A DNA stretch of 24,000 nucleotides from Candidatus Moraniibacteriota bacterium (lineage in GTDB: Bacteria; Patescibacteriota; Minisyncoccia; Moranbacterales; UBA1568). The stretch spans positions 1-24,000 of the forward strand of contig JAYTWI010000021.1 in assembly GCA_043743535.1 (NCBI GenBank). The letters run 5' to 3'. Below are positions 14,582 through 22,369 of the stretch, piece by piece (within the stretch, counting starts at the first letter, position 1; every line of letters starts with the position of its first letter). The position numbers and the translations under genes are program-made. The notes below the pieces were generated by a model. It did not search any database. It saw nothing but the letters and a program-made list of their open reading frames with translations, and was not told where the DNA came from.

Positions 14582-14601
14582 TACAAAAAAGATTTTTGAA
14601 A

Positions 14602-14757
14602 ATGATTTCACGCATACCGAGGAAATACCGCCACAAATATAAAAAGAAGCACAGCTGGGACGAGGAGCTAACTTTTTTTGTTTTCAAGTTGGTGACCACA
14701 ACTGTCCTCTTTTTCGTGGTAGCAGTGGGGGCAGATGTTTATCATTTGTTTCATTAA
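14602..14757 (+). CDS. candidate 51-aa small membrane protein (below the ORF-track cutoff)
   Basis: MISRIPRKYRHKYKKKHSWDEELTFFVFKLVTTTVLFFVVAVGADVYHLFH has a basic N-terminus and one TM helix. It fills the gap between argS and the phosphatase gene. Confidence 0.3.
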   Translation: MISRIPRKYRHKYKKKHSWDEELTFFVFKLVTTTVLFFVVAVGADVYHLFH

Positions 14758-14765
14758 GCAACAAT

Positions 14766-15335
14766 ATGGCTGAAACGATGACATTTTATCTGGTGCGGCA
14801 CGGTGAAGCGGAAAATAACGTTCGCCATATTTCTAGCAGCCTTCCTGAGAAAGAGAAGTATCCGCTGACCGAAAGTGGGCGACAAAAAGTTGCAGAAACA
14901 GCAGAGTATCTCAAAAAAGAAGAGATTGATGCGATGTTTTGTTCACCGTTGCTTCGTACCAAACAAACGGCAGAAATCATTGCCGAAGCCACCGGGCTGT
15001 CATTCTCAATCGATGAGCGCCTGCACGAAACTGGTATGGGTGTGTTCAATGGGAAAACACACGAAGGATTTATGAAAAAATATGGTGATCCGGTGCTTCG
15101 TATTAGCCCCGATTCTGCGGATGGGGTAGAAAGTTTTCTCGATATGCGCGGCCGCCTCACGGCTTTTTTGGCAGATATGCGAGAACAGTATCGGGGCAAA
15201 AAAGTGGTGGTGGTCTCACACGGTGATCCATTGGAACAACTCCATGGCATTCTTACGAACGAAAGTCCTGGTATTTCCGCTCGGGGTTGGTACCCGAAAA
15301 AAGGTGAAGCCACCAAAGTAGTGTGGGAAATATAA
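14766..15335 (+). CDS. histidine phosphatase family protein (phosphoglycerate-mutase-like)
   Basis: Contains LVRHGEAENN (RHG motif), SPLLRTKQTAE and VVVSHGDPL. Confidence 0.85.
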   Translation: MAETMTFYLVRHGEAENNVRHISSSLPEKEKYPLTESGRQKVAETAEYLKKEEIDAMFCSPLLRTKQTAEIIAEATGLSFSIDERLHETGMGVFNGKTHEGFMKKYGDPVLRISPDSADGVESFLDMRGRLTAFLADMREQYRGKKVVVVSHGDPLEQLHGILTNESPGISARGWYPKKGEATKVVWEI

Positions 15336-15339
15336 AATG

Positions 15340-15362
15340 GAGCGCAGTGAGCGCTCTTTTTT
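15340..15362 (+). terminator. rho-independent terminator
   Basis: GAGCGC-AGTGA-GCGCTC followed by TTTTTT, starting 5 nt after the phosphatase stop. Confidence 0.75.
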
Positions 15363-15446
15363 GGCGGAAAGGGTAATGAGAGGGACTTCCATTTTTCTTT
15401 GTTTCATGTTAAAGTTTCTGGCATCACAATAGCAGAGAGGATTGCG

Positions 15447-15689
15447 ATGAGAGGCGTATTTCTTATCATTGCCCTTTTCTTGGCCGCACACCGTTGGTTT
15501 GCTGACCATGAAGAATTGAAGATCGGTCTTTTTGTACAGGAACAAACGGCCAAAAAACGGCCAATATTCTGTAAGGAACTGATCAAGCATGAAGGACTGT
15601 GTCGTGACACCGCTTCGTTGTGGCGACTCGCGAACGAGTTCATCGCTGGTAACCAGACCCCGAAAAAAGGTGCGGTACCACCTCGCTAG
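15447..15689 (+). CDS. candidate 80-aa hypothetical protein with N-terminal hydrophobic segment
   Basis: GAGAGGA at 15435-15441 lies 5 nt before ATG 15447. Translation starts MRGVFLIIALFLAAHRW.... It is bracketed by two plus-strand terminators (15340-15362 and 15715-15752). No family recognised. Confidence 0.4.
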   Translation: MRGVFLIIALFLAAHRWFADHEELKIGLFVQEQTAKKRPIFCKELIKHEGLCRDTASLWRLANEFIAGNQTPKKGAVPPR

Positions 15690-15714
15690 CAGCAAGCAAA
15701 AATGACGTAACAAA

Positions 15715-15752
15715 GGCAGCCAAAGCAGCGACTTTGGATGCCTTTTTCTTTT
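15715..15752 (+). terminator. rho-independent terminator
   Basis: GGCAGCCAAAG (15715-15725), loop CAGCGA, CTTTGGATGCC (15732-15742). This is an 11-position stem with one mismatch, followed by TTTTTCTTTT. Confidence 0.8.
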
Positions 15753-15852
15753 GGTATCGTTCAAAGACTTAGTCGCCCAATACTTCTATAAGATTTCTAC
15801 TGTTTAAGGTTGGTCACAGATGTCGGCACTTGGTGGTAGTGGAGCGGTGGGG

Positions 15853-15881
15853 TTGATTCGGAGTCGTTTCCCTGCTATATT
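15853..15881 (+). promoter_or_regulatory. sigma70-like promoter of the T-box leader
   Basis: TTGATT (15853-15858), a 17-nt spacer, then TATATT (15876-15881). The predicted start is near 15888, just before the Stem I K-turn. Confidence 0.55.
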
Positions 15882-15892
15882 GCTTCTACAAA

Positions 15893-16068
15893 GGCATTGA
15901 TGAGGCTATCACCTCGGAGCCGCGGGAAGAACACTCGAGAGAGTCAGTAAAGCCCGCCGGGTAGGCCCGTAATAGCCAATGAACAAGGTTCGCCAGTGGG
16001 CGAATAAAGCGAGGTGGTACCACGTTTTCGAACGTCCTTAGCACGATTTTTGTGTTAGGGATTTTTTT
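15893..16068 (+). promoter_or_regulatory. T-box riboswitch (tRNA-Ile-sensing, transcription-termination type, ultrashort Stem I)
   Basis: Stem I is GGC-AUU-GA-UGAGG [CUAUCA] CCUCG-GA-GCC (15893-15921), a K-turn with AUC-A in the apical loop (15908-15911). Stem II is GCGGG/CCCGC (15922-15926 / 15953-15957) with a GAA/AGUA S-turn-like internal loop and an ACUC-GAGA-GAGU tip. An F-box-like CCGUAA follows. Stem III is UUCGCC-AGUG-GGCGAA (15989-16004). The antiterminator is GAGG-[UGGUACC]-ACGUU-UUCG-AACGU-CCUU (16011-16039). The competing terminator is CCUUAGCAC-GAUUUUU-GUGUUAGGG-A-U7 (16036-16068). Confidence 0.85.
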
Positions 16069-16126
16069 GTGTCTTGATTGTCACGGGGCTGTATTATTAT
16101 GTTGCTACGAATCTAAAGAATGTTGT

Positions 16127-16606
16127 ATGATCACACACGCGTACATTGATGGGGCTAACCTGCACAAAGGCGTGCAAGGACTGGGGTGGGAGCTAGATTA
16201 TGCACGTTTTTTTGTGTGGTTACGGGAGAAATATCATATTGAGCGAGCCTATCTTTTTATCGGACTGGTTGTCAAAAACAAAAACTTGTACACTAAGCTC
16301 CAGGAAGCTGGCTATACTTTGGTGTATAAAGAAATTACTTATGACGGCACTGGTAAGGTGAAAGGGAATTGTGATGCAGACTTGGTTCTAAAGGTGACGA
16401 GGGATTTCTATGAGAAGCATTTTGGCCAGGCGGTGCTGGTATCGAGTGACGGGGACTACGCCGGGCTGGTGCAGTTTCTCAAAGAGCAGCACGCTTTCCG
16501 CACGATAGTCTCGCCCAGCAATAATTGTTCTTTTTTACTCCGCAAACTGAATATCCCGATAGTGTATCTTGATACCAAAAGGGGTATTCTGAAGAAGCGA
16601 CCATAA
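16127..16606 (+). CDS. NYN-domain (LabA/DUF88-like, PIN-fold) putative RNase
   Basis: Contains MITHAYIDGANLHKG, KGNCDADLV and VLVSSDGDYAGLVQFL, the acidic-residue pattern of NYN domains. ATG 16127 is preferred over track GTG 16052, which lies inside the T-box terminator stem. Confidence 0.8.
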   Translation: MITHAYIDGANLHKGVQGLGWELDYARFFVWLREKYHIERAYLFIGLVVKNKNLYTKLQEAGYTLVYKEITYDGTGKVKGNCDADLVLKVTRDFYEKHFGQAVLVSSDGDYAGLVQFLKEQHAFRTIVSPSNNCSFLLRKLNIPIVYLDTKRGILKKRP

Positions 16607-16706
16607 AAAGAAAAAGCCCCCAACGGGGACGAACCTCGCCAGGGTCTTTCTCATAGTGATGCCCTTATTATACTCCTTATTATCATTAGCGTCAAGTATA
16701 AAATAT

Positions 16707-19628
16707 ATGTTCAAAAAAGTTGATGCCAAGGTGAGTTTTCCCAAAATGGAGGAGGAGATCCTCCGGTTTTGGAATGAACAAAATATTTTTCAGAAGTCCA
16801 TCGTAGGGCGGCCGGCGGACAAGCCGTATAGTTTCTATGATGGCCCGCCTTTTGCTACCGGGACGCCGCACTATGGGCACCTCGTGGCGAGCGCCATCAA
16901 AGACACCGTGCCCCGCTATTTCACGATGAAGGGTTACCGAGTGGAGCGCAAATGGGGCTGGGACTGTCACGGTCTGCCGATCGAGAATATTGCCGAAAAA
17001 GAACTGGGCATTTCACACAAGAAGGAAATTATCGAGATGGGCATAGCCAAGTTCAACGAAGTTTGCCGTTCTAAAGTTTTGGAATATGTGGCCGAATGGA
17101 AAAAAGTGATGGGTCGTTTCGGACGCTTCGCTGATATGGAGCATGCCTACGCTACGATGGACAAAAGCTATATGGAGAGTGTGTGGTGGGTGTTCAAAGA
17201 ATTGTGGGATCGGGGATTGGTCTACGAAAGTTATCGCACCATGCATATCTGTCCGCGTTGCGAGACGACACTGTCGCAGTCGGAAGTAGCTGAAGGGTAC
17301 AAAGACGTGAAGGATTTGGCGGTGACAGTCAAGTTTGAGCTGGTGGATGAACCTGGTACTTTTGTGCTGGCCTGGACGACCACGCCGTGGACTCTGCCGG
17401 GCAATGTCGCCTTGGCAGTGAACAAGGATGTTACCTATGTCATGATTGAAAAGAAAGATGGTGGAGTTGGTGAGTTGGTGCGGTTCATTGTGGCCAAGGA
17501 TCTTCTCAAGAATATTTTTGGCGAAGAAGGGTACGAAGTCATAGAGGAATACAAGGGAGCTAAGCTGGTTGGAAAGGCCTACAAACCACTCTTTGACTAC
17601 TACGCTAAGGATGAGAAATTAGAAAACCGCGAAAATGGTTGGAAGATTTATCATGCGGACTTTGTCACGACGGACATGGGCACGGGCATCGCCCATGAAG
17701 CGCCAGCTTTTGGTGAAGATGATATGCAACTGGGCAAGGCTAATGACTTGCCATGGGTACAGCACGTCAATATGGACGGCACGATGAAAGCGGAAGTGAC
17801 GGACTTTGCTGGGAGGGCAGTGAAATCTCAAGAAGACCCACAGGCGATGGACGTGGAGATTATCAAGTATCTGGCCAAAGCTGGGACACTTTTTGCCAAG
17901 GAAAAATATGAACACAGCTACCCGCATTGTTGGCGCTGTGATACCCCGCTTCTCAATTACGCTACTTCGTCGTGGTTTGTGAAGGTGACGGATATTAAAC
18001 CCAAGATGTTGGAACTGGCCAAGAATATCAACTGGTCGCCAGCGCATATCAAGGAGGGGCGATGGGGCAAGTGGCTGGAAGGTGCGCGGGACTGGTCTAT
18101 CAGTCGCCAGCGTTACTGGGCCTCGGTGATGCCAATATGGAAATGTGTGTGCGGTGAAATGAGAGTCTTTGGATCGGTAGCGGAACTGGAGGAGGCGAGT
18201 GGCCAGAAAGTGGAGGATTTGCACAAACATATTGTCGATCAAGTGACCGTGCCCTGTGCCAAGTGTGGCGAGACGATGAAACGTATTCCCGATGTGCTCG
18301 ATACCTGGTTTGATTCGGGCTCGATGCCGTATGCACAGGACCATTATCCTTTTGAGAACAAGGAGAAATTTGAGAAAACTTTTCCGGCCAATTTCATCGC
18401 CGAGGGAGTGGATCAAACCCGCGCCTGGTTTTACTACCAGCATGTCATCGGGACGGCCATCAAAGAGAGCAATGCTTTCCAGAATGTGGTGGTGAACGGT
18501 ATTGTGCTAGCGGAAGATGGCAAGAAGATGTCCAAGCGCCTCAAAAATTATCCTGACCCGATGGAAGTGATCAATAAGTATGGGGCGGATGCTCTTCGGC
18601 TGTATCTCCTTTCTTCACCCATCGTAGCGGCCGAGAACCTGAACTTTTCCGAACGAGAACTGGGGGAAATGTCACGCAATGTTTTCCGTATGCTGTGGAA
18701 TTCTTACTCATTTTTCGTTACCTACGCCAATATTGACAACTGGTCACCGAAAGAAAATGCTATCCCCTCGATCAATCTTTTGGATCGCTGGTTGCTTGCG
18801 GAGTTGCAGCTGTTGATAGCGGAGGTGGATGAAGCGATGAGTCACTACGAATTGAACCGTGCTACACGGGCTATTACCCCCTTCGTCGATAATCTCTCCA
18901 ACTGGTACATAAGGCGTAGTCGGAAGCGTTTCTGGAAGAGCGAAGACGACAGCGACAAAGAGCAGGCCTACCAAACGCTCTATACCGTTTTGGTTACTCT
19001 CTCCAAAGTGATGGCACCGTTTACGCCGTTTTTGGCTGAGGAAATTTACAAGAATCTCACTCAAGAGGAATCAGTACACTTAGCTGATTGGCCAGAAGCA
19101 GATAAAGATTTGATTGATGAAGAGTTGAGTCGACAGATGTCACTGGTTCGTGAATTAGTTAATGCTGGCTTACAACAAAGGGCAATTAATAAAATTAAAG
19201 TTCGACAACCACTACTTGATATAAGATGTGGAGAAAAATATAAAGAACTTTTTGAGCAAGGAGACCTATACTTTAAGTACATTGTTACAGAAGAACTGAA
19301 TATCGAAGGATTAAATCTGGATGGCAATCTTTCTAATGAGGAAATTGTGCTTAATACGGAAATTACTCCCGAGCTCAAACTGGAAGGCGAGGCACGGGAA
19401 ATCATCCGGGCGATCCAAGAGGGGCGGAAAAAGGCCGGTTTCAAGGTAGAAGACCGCATAACTTTGGGCTACCGTGGGAAAGAAAATGTGTTCGATAGAT
19501 TCCAAGAGATGATCGCTCATGAAGTCTTAGCGACGACTGTTGTACGAGGAACAATGTCTGATGCCGAATATTCTGAAACAGCTCGGATTGAAGGAGAAGA
19601 ATTTCTTTTCTCTTTGAGGAAGGTTTAA
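16707..19628 (+). CDS. ileS: isoleucine--tRNA ligase, type 2 (HYGH / KMSKR signature)
   Basis: Contains PPFATGTPHYGH, WDCHGLP, the CP1 editing region, WRCDTP and KMSKRLKNYPDP. There is no C-terminal Zn-finger extension. Start moved to ATG 16707 (MFKKVDAKVSFPKMEEEILRFW). No SD is visible. Confidence 0.96.
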   Translation: MFKKVDAKVSFPKMEEEILRFWNEQNIFQKSIVGRPADKPYSFYDGPPFATGTPHYGHLVASAIKDTVPRYFTMKGYRVERKWGWDCHGLPIENIAEKELGISHKKEIIEMGIAKFNEVCRSKVLEYVAEWKKVMGRFGRFADMEHAYATMDKSYMESVWWVFKELWDRGLVYESYRTMHICPRCETTLSQSEVAEGYKDVKDLAVTVKFELVDEPGTFVLAWTTTPWTLPGNVALAVNKDVTYVMIEKKDGGVGELVRFIVAKDLLKNIFGEEGYEVIEEYKGAKLVGKAYKPLFDYYAKDEKLENRENGWKIYHADFVTTDMGTGIAHEAPAFGEDDMQLGKANDLPWVQHVNMDGTMKAEVTDFAGRAVKSQEDPQAMDVEIIKYLAKAGTLFAKEKYEHSYPHCWRCDTPLLNYATSSWFVKVTDIKPKMLELAKNINWSPAHIKEGRWGKWLEGARDWSISRQRYWASVMPIWKCVCGEMRVFGSVAELEEASGQKVEDLHKHIVDQVTVPCAKCGETMKRIPDVLDTWFDSGSMPYAQDHYPFENKEKFEKTFPANFIAEGVDQTRAWFYYQHVIGTAIKESNAFQNVVVNGIVLAEDGKKMSKRLKNYPDPMEVINKYGADALRLYLLSSPIVAAENLNFSERELGEMSRNVFRMLWNSYSFFVTYANIDNWSPKENAIPSINLLDRWLLAELQLLIAEVDEAMSHYELNRATRAITPFVDNLSNWYIRRSRKRFWKSEDDSDKEQAYQTLYTVLVTLSKVMAPFTPFLAEEIYKNLTQEESVHLADWPEADKDLIDEELSRQMSLVRELVNAGLQQRAINKIKVRQPLLDIRCGEKYKELFEQGDLYFKYIVTEELNIEGLNLDGNLSNEEIVLNTEITPELKLEGEAREIIRAIQEGRKKAGFKVEDRITLGYRGKENVFDRFQEMIAHEVLATTVVRGTMSDAEYSETARIEGEEFLFSLRKV

Positions 19629-19631
19629 GAA

Positions 19632-20354
19632 ATGGAACTGCGCTATAATGCTATCGTGCTGAGAAAGAAAGAAGTGGGCGAGATGGATCGGCTGTATACT
19701 TTGTATACCGATACAGGTGGGAAATTGCAGGTGGTGGCCAAGGGGGTGCGCAAACCGGAAGCCAAACTGGCGGGGCAATTGGAGAACCTGACGCTTGTCC
19801 AGATCATCATCGCCAAAGGGCGCGGGGCGGGGCGAATTGCCGGGGCGGTGGCGGAGGAGAGTTTTCTTTTTGTGCGCCAGGAGCTTGATATCTACAAAAG
19901 GGTACTAGAGACGGTCAATATTTTTGAGCGCTTGGTAGGCTTCGAAGAAAAAGATGGAGCGCTCTTTGATCTGCTCGTCTTGTATCTGACCCTAGCCAAT
20001 GATTTGGCGCGTGAGCAAAAGAAGGAGAAACTACTGCTCCTTACCGAGGGGTTTTTGTTTCAGTTGTTCGCTCATCTAGGCTATGAGATCGAGACGGGGC
20101 TGTGTGCGGTGTCGGGGAAAAAGTTGGCCAAGGGCGACAAACATTTCTTTAGTCCCAGTGCAGGCGGGATGCTGCGCGGGGAACACAGTCATATGGCGGA
20201 AGGAGCCTTCCCTATCAGTGAGAATGCCATCAAACTCATTCGGTTATTTCTCCATAACAAATTGGAAGCCTTGCCAAAGATTGCGGTGCAAGCGAATGAA
20301 CTGCGGGAAACGCGTCAGGTAGCGACACGTTTTTTTCAGTGGATTGAAGGGTAA
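19632..20354 (+). CDS. recO: DNA repair protein RecO
   Basis: An N-terminal OB-fold pattern (AIVLRKKEVGEMDRLYTLYTDTGGKLQVVAKGVRK) is followed by a helical C-domain. It starts 4 nt after ileS. Confidence 0.88.
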   Translation: MELRYNAIVLRKKEVGEMDRLYTLYTDTGGKLQVVAKGVRKPEAKLAGQLENLTLVQIIIAKGRGAGRIAGAVAEESFLFVRQELDIYKRVLETVNIFERLVGFEEKDGALFDLLVLYLTLANDLAREQKKEKLLLLTEGFLFQLFAHLGYEIETGLCAVSGKKLAKGDKHFFSPSAGGMLRGEHSHMAEGAFPISENAIKLIRLFLHNKLEALPKIAVQANELRETRQVATRFFQWIEG

Positions 20355-20419
20355 AAACCAGAGAAAATTCCTTTCAGAAAGGAAAAGTGATAAAATAGAA
20401 GTACAAAATAAAATATACT

Positions 20420-22366
20420 ATGAGTTTGGAAGAACTGAACGATTCTTTGCATAGTCGCGATACTCATCTGGATCGCGCGCGCCAGACGGTTTCGTACGAG
20501 CCGGGAGGCCAGGAAAGAAACAACGCGCTCGATAATAAAGTGGAGGCTTTTCGTCATACCGAAACGTGGCAACCGGCTAGTGAAGAGGCTTCTCAATTAT
20601 CATCTCAAGGTGTCACGCTCGAAGCTAGAGCCTCTCACCATAAGCGTAAGCAGTGGTTGTTTTTCGTCGGTGGGCTGACTCTCCTTTTGCTCGTCGGTGG
20701 GCTGATTTACAAATTACGCTTGCCAGTGTTTAGTGATCAGAAAGTTGACATTCAGATTTCTGGTCCGCGCGACGTGGCTAGTGCCGAGCCTACCACCTTC
20801 ACCTTCACTTTCACCAACAACAACTTGATCGCCCTCAACAACACGATTCTGACCATCAATTATCCGGAAACGTTTCATCCGGAAGCGAGTACGACAGTAA
20901 AGCCCAACGCCACTTGGGTAGAGATCCCGCTTGCTACGCTTGCCATTCATTCTCAGAATAAAGTTACTTTGTCCGGAAAGTTCTATGGCTCCAAGGGTGA
21001 TCAGGTCATTATGCGGGCGACCCTTCGTTACACGCCGGACAAGGTGACAAGTATTCTCGAGAAGGAAACACGTATTACAGTCAACATCGCCTCCTCGCCA
21101 CTGTCTTTGGAAATTGAAGCGCCGCAGGAACTGGCAACCGGTCAGAATGTTGACTACGTTATTTCGTATAACAACACGGGAGACGTCAGTTTTTCCAATC
21201 TGCGGATTGAGGCTGTCTACCCAGCGGGCTTCGAGTTTTTGGAGGCAGATCCGCGGGCGACGGGTGGTAACGCTGTCTGGCGTATCGATGAGCTCGCTGC
21301 ACATAGCACGGGCAAGATCATTGTCCATGGTACGCTCACTGGTATACGAGATGAGCGGAAATCAGTGAGCGCCAAGATTGGCTTTTTGCAGGGGGATGGC
21401 AACTTCCTCTCGTACAGCGATAACGAGCGCAAAACAGCGATTGTCGCTTCACCGCTTTCTATTCGGCAAACCATCAATGGCTTGACCGATGCAAATGTTG
21501 GGTTGGGGGATTTCCTCGACTATGTAGTGCAGTACAAGAACGAAGGAGATATCGGACTGCGCGGGGCAGTTGTGACGGTGGAAATTAGCTCGCCCTATCT
21601 TGATTTTACGAAACTCAGTCTCAATCCCAAGGGGTCGTATGATCAGGCGCGTAATATGATGACCTGGAAAGCATCTGATGTCTCTGATCTGAAGCGGCTT
21701 GAGCCGGGGCAGGGTGGATCCGTTTCTTTTTCGTTGCCTATTGTTTCCGTGGTGGGAAATAATCAGAAAAATGAACGCGCGCCAGTTATTCGCTCGGTAG
21801 CCCGCATAGACAGTCCAGATATCCCGTCATCGCTCGGTTCTAATAAAATCATCGCGAGTAACATCATTGTGGCTAAGGTAAATACCTCGGTGGACGCCAC
21901 GCTTACAGGATTTTATGATGATGCGACACTCCCCAACACCGGACCTCTCCCACCGATAGTGGGACTAGAGACGAGCTATACGTTTCATCTGTCTCTGCAC
22001 AATACTTCGAGTGATATCGTAAGCACCCAAGTGAATATTTCGCTGCCGTCGGGTGTGCGCTATAGTGGCCAGTTTTCGCCCGCCCGGGAAAAAATACATT
22101 TCGATTCCCAGACCAATGAGCTGACCTGGGATGTCGAGACGTTCGGTGCCGGTAGTAGCCGTGAACTCATCTTTCAAGTGGCCGCCACCCCCAGTCTGAT
22201 CGATGTCGGAAAAGATTTGCAGCTGGTAAAATTGTTTGTTTTGAGTGGTAAGGATACAGCTACCGGGAAAGCGATTCGCCTTGAAAAAACTGGCAGAACG
22301 AGTAGTATGCTGAAAGACCCTAGAATCGGTACCGGCGGAGGGACGGTAGAGCCAGCAAATAATTGA
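20420..22366 (+). CDS. membrane-anchored surface protein with repeated DUF11/CARDB-like beta-sandwich domains
   Basis: A single TM helix (WLFFVGGLTLLLLVGGLIY) is followed by several repeats of the pattern G..v.Y.i.Y.N.Gd....n..i...yP.g..f, for example GQNVDYVISYNNTGDVSFSNLRIEAVYPAGFEF and GDFLDYVVQYKNEGDIGLRGAVVTVE. Confidence 0.65.
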   Translation: MSLEELNDSLHSRDTHLDRARQTVSYEPGGQERNNALDNKVEAFRHTETWQPASEEASQLSSQGVTLEARASHHKRKQWLFFVGGLTLLLLVGGLIYKLRLPVFSDQKVDIQISGPRDVASAEPTTFTFTFTNNNLIALNNTILTINYPETFHPEASTTVKPNATWVEIPLATLAIHSQNKVTLSGKFYGSKGDQVIMRATLRYTPDKVTSILEKETRITVNIASSPLSLEIEAPQELATGQNVDYVISYNNTGDVSFSNLRIEAVYPAGFEFLEADPRATGGNAVWRIDELAAHSTGKIIVHGTLTGIRDERKSVSAKIGFLQGDGNFLSYSDNERKTAIVASPLSIRQTINGLTDANVGLGDFLDYVVQYKNEGDIGLRGAVVTVEISSPYLDFTKLSLNPKGSYDQARNMMTWKASDVSDLKRLEPGQGGSVSFSLPIVSVVGNNQKNERAPVIRSVARIDSPDIPSSLGSNKIIASNIIVAKVNTSVDATLTGFYDDATLPNTGPLPPIVGLETSYTFHLSLHNTSSDIVSTQVNISLPSGVRYSGQFSPAREKIHFDSQTNELTWDVETFGAGSSRELIFQVAATPSLIDVGKDLQLVKLFVLSGKDTATGKAIRLEKTGRTSSMLKDPRIGTGGGTVEPANN

Positions 22367-22369
22367 ATT

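Noticed and set aside
15216-15764. 182-aa minus-strand ORF (and 15404..15643 -)
   Set aside because: It overlaps the histidine phosphatase 3' end and runs through two plus-strand terminators. It has no motif and no RBS.
15825-15875. tRNA-like or tmRNA-like look of tggtggtagtggagcggtggggttgattcggagtcg (reads ...CCACCA on the minus strand)
   Set aside because: No T-loop or complementary acceptor and T stems can be drawn on either strand. The segment is better explained as carrying the -35 region of the T-box promoter.
16052-16126. GTG 16052 as the start of the NYN gene (track ORF 16052..16606)
   Set aside because: The GTG is the first base of the 3' strand of the T-box terminator stem. The NYN homology begins at MITHAYIDGANL (ATG 16127).
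17619-18443. 274-aa minus-strand ORF inside ileS. Similar antisense ORFs occur in the GH gene (3589..4299), the DUF11 gene (20714..21328), tgt (22637..23173) and the phosphatase gene (14786..15316).
   Set aside because: All are antisense to confidently identified genes and lack any recognisable motif.
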